This document shows positions 51,841 through 64,000 of a DNA stretch of 64,000 nt, piece after piece. Both the position numbers and the translations under genes were made by a program. The first letter of the stretch is position 1, and the number at the start of each line of letters is the position of its first letter. The DNA is from Octopus sinensis. Its lineage: Eukaryota. The notes under the pieces are model-generated. The model did not search any database, was not told the origin of the DNA, and saw only the letters and a program-made list of their open reading frames with translations. Where the stretch lies: NCBI RefSeq assembly GCF_006345805.1, contig NC_043001.1, forward strand, positions 131,068,001 through 131,132,000. Reading direction: 5' to 3'.

Positions 51841-52764
51841 ATGTTTAGTAAAACATTAAAACATTGTATTTTTGGTAAATTCTATCTTTGATTACAGTTA
51901 GGTGTAATGTTAAGTAATGACTGTGTACATATGCTCAGGCTAAATGAAGAGAGTTCAATCTTAACCTAAGTATGTAAGCATAGCAAATATGGCATCAGCT
52001 TACGAAAAGGAAACCAGACTGTTTGAAATCTATAAAGGAGTAACAATATAGAAGAGGAAAAATATGAAAATACCTTAGGAGAGTGTTTTCTATTTTAAAT
52101 ATATACACAGTTGAGTTTCACTTATAATTATCATTTTGCATATGAGTTACATCAGGTTGGATGTTAGACAATATTCAATGGGCCCAAGGACTGCATTGTG
52201 CCCCAGTATCTGTTTGGCATGGCTTCTGGAGCTGGATGTCCTTCCTAATGTCAGACACTTCATGACATACACGGGTTACATTTTTGTGCCAATAGCACTT
52301 ATGAGGTCACCCACCATGCAGCTTGCAAGATTAAGAACTTCCTTGTAGAGAGGAAGAACTTTATGCTGAGGGAATAAGGGGTAAAGGGAGATAAAGTATA
52401 AGAGAAAGGGCCACAGCAAAACAGGATTTTTGCTTAGAGAAGTGAAATGACTACTCCTGTTTTAAAAGAGAGGATGGGGGTAGAAACTGGAAGTGATATA
52501 ACTGGTGATGAAGTGAGAGAGTGGGTCTTCAAGATACAAGGTGTGGGTAGGAACAAGTGAGGTAGGAGTGCAACGAATGAGTGCTTAGGGTAGATGATGT
52601 CCGAAAGTGTTGAGGCAGCAGAATACAGATACAAAAGAGAGATGAGATGTGGGTCAGTTGGAGAGGGTGGATGGGGAAGAAAGGAAGAGAGAGAAAGAGA
52701 GAAAAGGGCAGGTACAGTAATTGAGGAAGGTGAGGTATAAGACAGTGGGGGTAGGAGAGATTAT

Positions 52765-53068
52765 TTCGATCTCACTTAACTTGCCAGGTCCTCTCAAGCA
52801 CAGAATATCTCCAAAGGTCTTGGTTACTTGTCATTGCCTCTGTGAGGCCCAACATTTGATGGTTGTGCTTCACCACCTCGTCCCAGCTCTTCCTGGGTCT
52901 AACTCTTCCACAGGCTCCCCCTACTGCTAGGGTGAGACACTTTTTCACACAGCTGTCTTTATCCATACACAATACATGACCACACCAGTGCAGTCGTCTC
53001 CCTTGCAAACTACATCTGATGCTTCTTATGTCTAACTTTTCTCTCAGGGCACTTACACTCTTCCCCAC
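52765..53068 (-). mobile_element. RTE LINE 3' ORF fragment
   Basis: SALREKLDIRSIRCSLQGRRLHWCGHVLCM...GRVRPRKSWDEVVK...DLWRY. Confidence 0.85.
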
Positions 53069-53242
53069 CCTTATCTATATATAATTTCAATATGGAGCAA
53101 ATAATCCAGAGGAAAAATATTTATGCAAAGATATTATTTACACTGTTATTATCTTGTGTAACAATTAAAAATGGTAATAACAGAATCAATAATATACTTT
53201 CTTGCAGGCTCCAAAAAAGTATTAAATAGCTGAAGGATTAAT

Positions 53243-53434
53243 ATTAATCAAAGGACATACTGGGTATGTCCACGTGAGTTCAAATACTTGTAGTATGTCA
53301 AAAAATTGACTTGGTCCATTTGCTCACGGATGGTTGATTTCTGTAGTTAATATTAGTGTTCTTTTCAGCGATTTAAATGAGTTTTGACTGTTACTTCCAG
53401 CAGGTAGACATACTTAGTATGTCCTTTGACTAAT
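53243..53434. mobile_element. About 190-bp MITE
   Basis: 28-bp TIR attaatcaaaggacatactgggtatgtc versus gacatacttagtatgtcctttgactaat. Confidence 0.8.
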
Positions 53435-53676
53435 TTTATATATATATATATACCTCCTCTATAGCAAGACACCTATTTGTGTCTCTCTTTTTCTCAGTCA
53501 CACTCTAACCTTTCATCATCTGATACCAGATCACCACCTCTAATGCTCTCTCCATTATAGCAAGACCTGTTTCTGTCTCTGTCACACTCTGACTTTTCAT
53601 CCTCTGACACAAGTTCCACTCCTTGAATACCCCTGCCCCTCTCATGATTCCTTGTCTTGTGAGTTATTAGGTGACC

Positions 53677-53972
53677 CTACCAGTGCTGGTGCCATGTAAA
53701 AAGCATCCAGTCCACACTGTAAAGTGGTTGGCATTTAGAAGGGCATCCAGCTGTAAAAATCATGCCCAAACTAACCGCACCAGTGCTAGTGCCACATAAA
53801 AAGCACTGAGTCCACTCTGCTGAGTGGTTGGTGTTAAGAAGGGCATCCAGCCATAAAATCCCTGCCAAAACAGACATAGTAGTCTAGGGTAGTTTTCTAC
53901 CTAACTGGCTCCTGTCAACCATCCTAATCATGCATGAATGAAAGACAGACATACGATGATGATGATGATGAT
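53677..53972 (+). mobile_element. RTE-type 3' UTR fragment with internal tandem duplication
   Basis: Two ccagtgct(g/a)gtgcca...gtggttgg...gaagggcatccagc units, then a decayed tail and (GAT)n. Confidence 0.65.
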
Positions 53973-53987
53973 ATATAGACACAAACA

Positions 53988-54288
53988 CTGTCTTTGAGCA
54001 TCTGATGACATCATCAACAGAACTGTGAAAACATAAAAATTTCCAAACTTTTAACATAAATACATGTGTACATGTCTAGTCAGTGAACTATAGGTATAAG
54101 TGACACATAATTCATTAGAATTTTAACAACATGAACATGACACTTGTAAATGTATGTGTATATATGCAGGTATTTGTCATCAGCATATGTGCAAATCTGT
54201 ATGTTTAGTTTTATGTATGTTAAAATTTTGGAAAGTTTTACATATTTTGACAGTTCCATTGATGATGTCATCACATGCTCGAAGACAG
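53988..54288. mobile_element. About 300-bp foldback/MITE with about 75-bp imperfect TIRs
   Basis: ctgtctttgagcatctgatgacatcatcaacagaactgtg...ttccaaacttttaacata versus the reverse complement of 54205-54288. Confidence 0.7.
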
Positions 54289-54290
54289 AA

Positions 54291-54326
<36 letters not shown>

Positions 54327-55113
54327 GTCTCTGTATGTGTGTAAACATAAGTATGATGAGCAAAATATCACTGTACTTGATACAGCTGATTGTAGTAGGA
54401 GTAGATGTAAAAAAATCGTACCAGACGAAACTGAAAAAGATCATTGCTAGTGTTCAGAGTCGAGCAGTGTTTAGGCATAATCATGATGCTGATATGGTTG
54501 AATTTCTCCTGGCATGATGGTCCAATAGTGTACCTTAGTCAGTGTTGTTGACTGCATTATAAAGTCAAAACTACAGCCTTAAATTTGTCTAGAGTTACCT
54601 CTGTTCAGTATTTCTCATTGATAATGGCTATAAAGCTAAAAATACTGCATCTGAAAATCTGATAGGGGGCAACACAGGGTAGACATGGTGTTTTTACACC
54701 TTTTACCATATGAGCAAACTTTTCTCCATAGTGACTGCAGTGAATTTGCCAATATGTTACAAACATATTTCAGTTAATCTAAAGTTTAACACTGCTTGGC
54801 ACTGATTACTGCTAAATGTATGTGTGTGTGTGTGCGTGTGTGCATGCACAAGTGTGTTAATATCTCCTTACCTTGACATGATACACTTGTTATAAATAAG
54901 TGTCTCTGTAATACAAGTGGTGTCCATTTCCAGAATTTGGTGGAAACATGTCTGATCACAGGGAATTATTACCTGAACCGGAATCTGATGAGGGCTAGTA
55001 ACAGGAAGGGAATCTGGCTCTAAAAAAATCTGCCTCAAAAAATTCCATCAAACCTATGCATGCATGGAAACATGGTCATTACACCAGTGATAGTGGCTAC
55101 ATATGCATGTATG

Positions 55114-55161
<48 letters not shown>

Positions 55162-55299
55162 CACACACAAACCGTGTATAGTCTCTATTTGTGTATAGAT
55201 ATAAACACACACACACACACACACACACAATTGATAAGTTTGATAAGTGCCAATGTACAAAACTCTCAACCCTTGAGTTGCTAACCATTTTCTCACACC

Positions 55300-55347
55300 G
55301 TCTCCGATGAAGGGATATAATAAATATCCTGGAAACAGCTGTAAGAC
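55300..55347 (+). ncRNA. Hammerhead motif with U4-to-C core change (Penelope-like terminus)
   Basis: GTCT-CCGATGA-AGGGATAT...ATATCCTG-GAAA-CAGCTG-TA-AGAC. Confidence 0.6.
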
Positions 55348-55967
55348 CTATTGATACATGTTCTAAAATCTTTACAGCCTTGATTTTTTTTATCTCATTC
55401 TGAAAACATTTTTTTTATATAAAAACATATACACTCACATTTTGAGTTCTATTTTTCTTATTTGTATCACCATACCCATGTACACATACATGTATATACA
55501 TAGGTATATGCACACAATATTTATACATATATGTATGAGTATTGATTATGAATATAGCTACATTATCATTTTAACATCAACATTTCCAAGCCTACAAGGT
55601 TCAGATGACATTTGACAGAAATTCTTCTTGTCATCACTTGGTCTTTCAAATATGGACAGCTTATTGGCTGTGTATGTTTTCACGGTAGATTGTAAATAAA
55701 TGACACTGTTCATATGAGGGTAATGTTTGGTCACAATTTGTGCTCAATACCAAGAGCAGGTGATACACACACGAGTGTGTCAGTGTGTGTATGTGTAAAT
55801 ATATATATATATATATAGAGGAAAATAGAATAATTCTATCAGAAAGGAACTCTAATCTCTCTTTTATATTTTGATAAGCATAACAAATGCGCAACCGGTA
55901 AAAAGAACTTTCACCTAATTAAATTACTTAAATTACTTCAATTATTTGTCAGCATTTTCTTCATTTC

Positions 55968-56021
<54 letters not shown>

Positions 56022-56600
56022 CAGATAGATAGATAGACATATAAAATGGTCTTTCAGTTTCCATTTACCAAATCCACTTACAAGACTTAGGTTGGTTTGG
56101 CATTATAGTAGATGTCACTTGCAAAATGAATAAAACGAATCACATAAATTCATTATATATTATTTCTCCTCAAAAAATATACATCCATTGCATATATACA
56201 CACACACAAACACACACGTCTCACACAAACATTCTAACATTGTCACACATATACAGAGCAATTTCAAAGTTGAAAGAATTTTCAGTTAAAAAATTTTTTA
56301 ATCTATGAGCAATTTCTCTTATTTACAATTTCACTTCAAATTTAGGCTATTTATATTCTCATTTCTCGATGATTGTGAAATTATTTCTTCGGTAATTCAT
56401 AAATGACATCATATTTCATTTAACTGTGACACATACATATGTGCGTATATAACTGTGTGTAAAACAAGCATTATGTATACAGCTATGCAAGTGGAAATCT
56501 GTATGTACTATTGTGTATGGATGGAAAAGAGATGTGTCAGCATATATTGAAACATATGTTTCAGATGTGTCTATGTGCATGTATGTATATACACACACAT

Positions 56601-56983
56601 AAGGAGCACTCCGTCAGTTACGACGACGAGGGTCCCAGCTGATACGATCAATGGAACAGCTTGCTCATGGAATTAACGTGCAAGTGGCTGAGCACTCCAC
56701 AGACACGTGTACCCTTAACATAGTTCTCGAGGAGATTCAGCATGACACAGAGTGTGACAAGGCTGGCCCTTTGAAATACAGGTACAACAGAAACAGGAAG
56801 AAAGAGTGAGAGAAAGTTGTGGTGAAAGAGTACAGCAGGGTTCACCACCACCCCCTGCAGGAGCCTCATGAAGCTTTAGGTGTTTTCGCTCAATAAACAC
56901 TCACAATGCCCGGTCTGGGAATCGAAACCGCAATCCTACGACCGCGAGTCCGCTGCCCTAACCACTGGGCCATTGCGCCTCCA
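56601..56983 (-). mobile_element. SINE family D
   Basis: Reverse-complement copy with imperfect TSD atacacac(a/t)cat. Confidence 0.9.
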
Positions 56984-57206
56984 CATACACACTCATACCG
57001 TGCATATGTTTGTGTGTGTGAGTACATGCACAGGTGTGTTTGTATGTCTTAGGTTGACATATTACTAAAGGTGGCTTGCATGTATTTGTATCGGGTGTCT
57101 ACATACGTATTACTCTGCCTGTGAAAGCATATAACACAAGTTTGTGTATTTATTTCATTCATAATTATGGATTAGACAATATATGTTTATGTACATATGT
57201 GTATAC

Positions 57207-58005
57207 TCTTACTCTTTTACTCTTTTACATGTTTCAGTCATTTGACTGCGGCCATGCTGGAGCACCTCCTTTAGTCGAACAAATCGACCCCGGGACTTAT
57301 TCTTTGTAAGCTCAGTACTTATTCTATCGGCCTCTTTTGCCGAACCGCTAAGTGACGGGGAGGTAAACACGCCAGCATCGGTTGTCAAGCAATGCTAGGG
57401 GTACAAACACAGACACACAAACACATACACATACATACATATATATACATATATACGACAGGCTTCTTTCAGTTTCCGTCTACCAAATCCACTTACAAGG
57501 CATTGGTTGGCCCGGGGCTATAGCAGAAGACACTTGCCTAAGGTGCCACGCAGTGGGACTGAACCCGGAACCATGTGGTTGGTTAGCAAGCTACTTACCA
57601 CACAGCCACTCATAACCATCTATATATATATATATAGATGTAGGCAGAGGAGTGACTGTGTGGTATGTAGCTTGCTTACCAACCACATTGTTCCAGGTTC
57701 AGTCCCACTGCGTGGCACCTTGGGCAAGTGTCTTCTACTATAGCCTCGGGCCGACCAATGCTTTGTGAGTGGATTTGTTAGACGGAAACTGAAAGAAGCT
57801 AATCGTGTATATACATATATATGTGTGTGTGTGTGTGTTTATCTCCCTAACATCGCTTGACAACTGATGTTGGTCTGTTTATGTCCCCATAACTTAGCAG
57901 TTTGGCAAAAGAGACTGATACAATAAGTACTAGGTCAATTTGCTTGATTAAAAGCAGTGCTCCATCATGGCCTCAGTCAAATGACTAACAAATAAAAGAT
58001 GAAAA
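57207..58005. mobile_element. Head-to-head SINE A pair (minus 57207-57611, plus 57642-58005)
   Basis: Two family A copies in opposite orientation with about 30 bp spacer. Confidence 0.85.
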
Positions 58006-58117
58006 GAATATACATCTATGACAGTGTATATATGACAGCATGTATATATATGAGTGTGTATATGTATGCGTGTGTATATATGCATGTGTGTGTGTGTGTG
58101 TGTATATACACAAATAT

Positions 58118-58155
<38 letters not shown>

Positions 58156-58672
58156 TGTGTACAGTGCTCAGGTGCACTACAACTCATCTAAAGTGTATAT
58201 ATAATCAGGTGTAGTTTCGGCGGATTTCGGAAAGCATGAGGGCCTTAAAAGATGCAGTGTCATGGCAGTCAACAACTGACGCAGGCAGTTTATTCCATGC
58301 TTCAGCAACTCTGAGCGTGAAAAAATGTTTCCGAAAGTCATGGGAGCTGTATTGTTTTCTGACTTTGTAGGCATGTCCACGTGTGTTAGACACATGGAGA
58401 TCAAAAAGGTGTTCAGTGTTGTTGTTGGTGAGGTGGTTGATAACTTTGTGGGTGTTTACCAAGTCCGTCGCCAAACGCCGGAGCTTCAGTGAATCCATGC
58501 CCAGGGAAACAAGGCGCTCAGAATATGGTAGGTGTCTGATGGAGGGTATGCGTTTGGTTGCACGTCTCTGGACAGATTCCAGGAGGTCAATGTTCTGTGC
58601 AAGATAGGGGTTCCAAACTGATGATGCGAATTCCAAGTGTGGTCGTACCATAGCTGTATACAGTTTTAAATG
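58118..58672 (-). mobile_element. 5'-truncated CR1-clade LINE with (ATT)n tail
   Basis: Open frame KLYTAMVRPHLEFASSVWNPYL...ESVQRRATK...TRGHAYK...FFTLRVAEAWNKLP, then a short 3' UTR and tail. Confidence 0.9.
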
Positions 58673-58859
58673 CATAGATATATAAATGTATAAACATGTG
58701 TTCTTATAAATTTATGTAAATACATATATCCATGTGTGTGTGTATATATAGATATATATATATATACATACACATACAAATAGATATATATATGTTTACG
58801 CATATATGCAAACACATATAATTACATAAATCTATATATGTAAGAACTCGTGTGTGTAA

Positions 58860-58883
58860 TGTATGTATGTATGTATGTATATA

Positions 58884-58940
<57 letters not shown>

Positions 58941-59099
58941 GATATATATATATCTATATATATAGATGGATAGATATATATATATATCTATATATATATA
59001 GATGGATATATATAATATATATATATATATATTATATATATATATATATATATAGATGGATAGATATATATATATATATATCTATATATATATAGATGG

Positions 59100-59132
<33 letters not shown>

Positions 59133-59165
59133 AGATGGATAGATAGATAGATATATATATATATA
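58860..59165. repeat. (TA)n microsatellite with recurring tatagatgga unit
   Basis: Seen directly. Confidence 0.9.
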
Positions 59166-59429
59166 ATGATACATAACACATATGCTCACACCAAGTATGC
59201 ATACATAACATACATATACACATTTATATACTCACACACGATCATGTAAAATACACGTGTGTGTGTGTGTGGTGTGTGTGTGTGTACATATGTATCTCAG
59301 CGGAAAAGTAAGTGAGCTGAAGTCCTGTTCCCTTCCGTTCCCTTTCGCTCTGTTCTTTTCCGTTCCGTTCAGTGTTTCAGTACAGGCTGTCTGAAACGTG
59401 AAGAAGAACAACAACAGCAGCAATAGTTA

Positions 59430-59443
59430 ATTGCCATGGCAAC
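59430..59443. promoter_or_regulatory. Candidate RFX X-box
   Basis: ATTGCCATGGCAAC is a 13/14 match to the palindromic GTTGCCATGGCAAC and lies within a CpG-containing, non-repeat island (59290-59550). Confidence 0.45.
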
Positions 59444-59739
59444 GTGGGGAGCGATGGCAAACATAGTGAGCGACTTACTTATCATTTGGTGGCAATAATG
59501 CACATGGTGAAAGAATAATAGAGGTAGCATACAGTAATGCAACGGTTGAATGTGTGTGTGTGTGTGCGTGTGTGTGTGGTGTGTGTGTGTGTGTGTGAAG
59601 AGATGAATGTGTTTGCATATGTGGTTGTGTGTGATTGCGTATGCGATATACATGCATATGTGTGAGTGTATGTGTGTGTGTGTGTGTGTGCATGTGATAT
59701 ACATGTATATGTGTGAGTGTATATATGTGTGTGTGTGTG

Positions 59740-60220
59740 TGTGGTATATATGTGATTGTGAGTGTATATATGTGTGTGTGTGTGTGTGAGGTATATATGT
59801 GATTGTGAATGTATATGTGTGTGTGTGTTGTGTGTGTGTGTAATATATGTGATTGTGAGTGTATATATGTGTGTGTGTGTGTGTGTGAGGTATATATGTG
59901 ATTGTGAATGTATATGTGTGTGTGTGTGTGTGAGGTATATATGTGATTGTGAGTGTATATATGTGTGTGTGTGTGTGTGGTATATATGTGATTGTGAGTG
60001 TATATATGTGTGTGTGTGTGTGTGTGAGGTATATATGTGATTGTGAGTTTATATATGTGTGTGTGTGAGGTATATATGTGATTGTGAGTGTATATATGTG
60101 TGTGTGTGTGTGTGGTATATATGTGATTGTGAATGTATATGTGTGTGTGTGTGTGTGTGAGGTATATATGTGATTGTGAGTTTATATATGTGTGTGTGTG
60201 AGGTATATATGTGATTGTGA

Positions 60221-60251
<31 letters not shown>

Positions 60252-60375
60252 GTATATATGTGATTGTGAATGTATATGTGTGTGTGTGTGTGTGAGGTAT
60301 ATATGTGATTGTGAGTTTATATATGTGTGTGTGTGAGGTATATATGTGATTGTGAGTGTATATATGTGTGTGTGC
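59740..60375. repeat. Minisatellite, 14 units of about 41-51 bp
   Basis: Core ggtatatatgtgattgtga(g/a)t plus variable (GT)n. Confidence 0.9.
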
Positions 60376-60449
60376 ATATGTGAGGGTATATATGATGCAT
60401 GTGTGAGTGTGCATAAGAAAACTAACTCAGGTGATTAAAACATAAACAA

Positions 60450-60700
60450 TTAGATAGATAGACAGCTAAATAGATAGATGGATAGACAGACAGACAGATA
60501 GACAACAAACAGATACACAGAGAGACAGATAGATACACAGATAGACAAACTGATAGATAGACAGCTAAATAGATAGATGGATAGACAGACAAACAGATAG
60601 ACAGATAGACAGACAAGCAGATAGACAGACCGACAGATCGATACACAGATAGACAAACAGACAGATAGATAGATAGACAGACAGACAGATATTTAGGTGG
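60450..60700. repeat. (GATA/GACA)n tetranucleotide repeat with internal duplication
   Basis: Seen directly. gatagatagacagctaaatagatagatggatagacagac occurs twice. Confidence 0.9.
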
Positions 60701-61607
60701 ATAGACAGACAGAGGGACAGATAAATGTCAAGTGTCAGAGGGACATGTAAGAGACATCTCCTCACCCTTATTTGGCTAAAAGGAAAAGGAAAGACAGCTG
60801 AGGACAAATGAATTGACAGTGACCACTGGATACTGCACAAACACTCTTGGTGGCTTTTGTTATCAGGAATCATGTTCACACATAGATATACACACACCAA
60901 TTGATAAAACAACACATACACATAATACCTAAATATACATATATACACACATATACACATATGATTTTGCTGTTTGCACTCACTCATTCTACTAGTAAAT
61001 ACATATAGCTGCATAAGGTTTCTTACATGTATAGAAACACAGCCATATCTATATTTCCATGCTATATACTAATGTACACATGTCCCCATAACTTAGCAGT
61101 TTGGCAAAACCGACTGATACAATAAGTACTAGGTCAATTAGCTTGACTAAAAGCAGTGCTCCAGCATGGCCTCAGTCAAATGACTAACAAATAAAAGATG
61201 AAAAGAATATACATCTATGACAGTGTATATATGACAGTGTGTATATATATGAGTGTGTATATGTACCTATTTATGAATGTAGGTATATACATGTACATGT
61301 GTGCACCCATACATATATGAACATATGCACACATATCTGTATGTGCATGTATATATATATATATATATATCTATACACACACACACAAATTTACGTCAAG
61401 TATACAGGAGACATGGGTTCGAGTCCCATAACCAGCATTTAATTTTTACTGTCCAAAGGGGTTCTTTAACCCAGTATTTACATGTATTCATTTATAGCCT
61501 ATCTGTTTCAAGATCCAATGTTCCAAAAAGTCCATATACATATATATGTTTATATATGTGTGTGTGTGTGCATATGTATATATGCATGTATATATATATA
61601 TATATGC

Positions 61608-61655
<48 letters not shown>

Positions 61656-61674
61656 TTGTGCGTATATACATATA

Positions 61675-62040
61675 TTCTTTTACTTGTTTCAGTCATTTTG
61701 ACTGTAGTCATTCTGAGACACTGCCTTCAGTCAAACAAATCAACCCCAGGACTTATTCTTTTTAAGCCTAGTACTTATTCTATTGGTCTTCTTTTGCTGA
61801 GCTGCTAAGTTACAGGTACATAAACACACCAACATCAGTTGTCAAGTGGTGGTGGTAGTGGTAGTGGGACAAACAGACACAAACACATACATACATACAT
61901 ACATATATATATATATATATGACAGGCTTCTTTCAGTTTCTGTCCACCAAATCCATTCACAAAGCTTTGGTCAGCCTGAGGCTATAGTAGAAGACACAGT
62001 GGGAATGAGCCAAGAAGCATGTGGTTGGGAAGCAAGTATT
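61675..62040 (-). mobile_element. SINE family A (older)
   Basis: Diverged reverse-complement copy. Confidence 0.8.
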
Positions 62041-62079
62041 TGTGTATATGTGTGTATATATATAATATATAATATATAT

Positions 62080-62117
<38 letters not shown>

Positions 62118-62298
62118 CATGTATGTATGTGTGTGTGTATATATATATATATATGTACATGTAGGTATGTGTGTGTATATATATATAAACTTACTTGGAA
62201 ATGGATGCTTGGCATTCAATAAAATAATAATGATAAATAATATATATATGTTTATATATATGTATATATATGTGCGAGAGTGTGTGTATGTAAATGTG

Positions 62299-62349
<51 letters not shown>

Positions 62350-63139
62350 CATAGACACACATATATATATACACACACATTTATATTTGTTTACATATAT
62401 GTATGTGCATATATACACACACCCACACAAATGTACATGCATACACACACACACACGCACACTGATTGTCATATAAACAAGCAAACCTCGTAACTGGACT
62501 GACAAACATCTAAACAGATCGGATATCTAAAACAGGCAAATCACAAGAGAGAGAAAGACAGACATAAAGACATTGAAGATGAGTTGAGAAGAATGTATAA
62601 TAGAAAAATAGGAAAACAGAGACAGAGAGAGAGCGGGGCAGATTTACAGTGATAATAATAGGGCTTGAGATAATCAAACCGTGTGATGGAAAGATACACA
62701 GATTAACAGACAGTTTCAGGGAAATATATAGAGTAAAAAAGAAATACTGATATTATTTTGCTCTTTTATTCCTTTAGCGGTTTCTGTCTTGGCACTGTGG
62801 CTATTCTGGTGTTTTGTCACCAGGGCCTTAAGGTGACCGTATCAAACAAACATAGTACCTATGTCAATCTGGGACTTATTTTATCAATCGCTGTTTGTCA
62901 AATCATTAAATAACACGAAAGTATATTATTCATTCTTTTAATCTGCACATATGTGTTTGTGTGTGTGTGTGTTGAGTGAGCTTGTGTAGTTTATAAAGGC
63001 TAGTTGTGTGTGTGTGAGTGTATTTTTATATTTTGGGGATGTTCAGATTTTTGCTAATTAAAGACATGCACTACATACTTAGTCTTCACCTCAGATTTAT
63101 TATTATTACTATCATCATCGTCATCATTGTTATTATTAT

Positions 63140-63375
63140 CTAAAGTAGCGAGCTGGCAGAATCGTTAGCACGCTGGGTAAAATGCATAGCGGCATTTCAT
63201 CCGTCTTTATGTTCTGAGTTCAAATTCCACTGAGGTCGATCTTGTCTTTCATCTTTGCGGGTCAATAAATTAAGTACCAGTGATACACTGGGGTCGATGT
63301 ATTCAACCAGATCCCTCCCCCAAATTCCAGGCCTTGTGCATTTAATAGAAAGAATTATTATTATTATTATTATTA
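63140..63375 (+). mobile_element. SINE family B variant with (ATT)n tail
   Basis: As at 9823-10040. Confidence 0.75.
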
Positions 63376-63833
63376 TGAAGCTGAAGTGAAGGCCTAGTAT
63401 GTGTTTAATTAGCAAAAATATGACCATCCCCAACTATAACAACATCTGTTTCAACACACCATTTCACATCAGGAATCTTACAAAACAAATACATGGATGT
63501 GTATATGTATGTACATGTAGTGAGAGTGAGAGAGACAACAATATACGGAGAAAGACAGACCGATGGGAAGACATGCTGTGAAAAACCAACAAAAACTCTG
63601 AGAGAGAGAAAGAGAGAGGGATGGAGGGATGGATGGATGGATGGATGGATGGACAAACGTGCACTACTGTAAGTATGTAAAGATGGAAAGACCTCAGCAA
63701 AACCACTGGCAGTACTATTGATGCAACTGCTAGTAACATCTGCTGCCTGCCTTAACCATTACCATCATCGCAGCAAGCTAAAAGGTGGCAACAGCACAGA
63801 ATCTGAAATATGTATGTATACAGGGAGAGGGGA

Positions 63834-63866
<33 letters not shown>

Positions 63867-63931
63867 GAGAGAAGAAAGAGAGAAGGAAACTGAGAGCAAA
63901 AAAAAAAGGAAGAATTTTTAGAGTGTGGCTG

Positions 63932-64000
63932 TGTGAGAAGGAGAGAAAGGAGTGAGAAGGAGAGAAAGGAGTGAGAAGGAGAGAAAGGAGTGAGAAGGAG
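63932..64000. repeat. 19-bp purine tandem repeat (gtgagaaggagagaaagga)n
   Basis: About 3.6 units, running off the window end. Confidence 0.9.

Noticed and set aside
54400-54690. Possible CR1/Jockey RT remnant (QSRAVFRHNH..., ALNLSRV) and 52434-52634 CR1-like tail
   Set aside because: Similarity too faint to support without a profile search.
59740-60375. CRISPR-like repeat-spacer array
   Set aside because: The spacers are just variable (GT)n; eukaryotic context with no cas genes.

Overview
AT-rich eukaryotic genomic DNA, very likely octopus (inferred from the repeat families; not verified by search). It is densely packed with microsatellites and transposons, and no recognisable intact protein-coding gene is visible. 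Most ORFs in the track are translations of (TA)n/(CA)n tracts or of SINEs. There are four recurrent short-repeat families with tRNA-like or pol III-like heads (labelled A-D here; about 40 copies or fragments). There are fragments of RTE and CR1 LINEs, a restriction-like-endonuclease (R4/NeSL-type) retrotransposon fragment, a decayed MULE, a maT-type (DD37D) Tc1/mariner with both TIRs, a mariner 3' end, and several MITEs (piggyBac-like TTAA, hAT-like 8-bp TSD, TA-type). The most notable unannotated signals are: (1) minimal type I hammerhead ribozymes of the Penelope type, two apparently intact on the minus strand (156-238, 35600-35671) plus a graded series of mutated copies; (2) an 89-nt pre-miRNA-like hairpin at 22326-22414; (3) a MULE whose terminal repeats enclose an RLE-retrotransposon fragment; (4) a CR1 insertion with a 34-bp 5' fold-back that appears primed from its own target site; (5) a small CpG-containing island with an RFX X-box at about 59.4 kb. 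A few short candidate + strand exons may belong to a host gene but cannot be confirmed.
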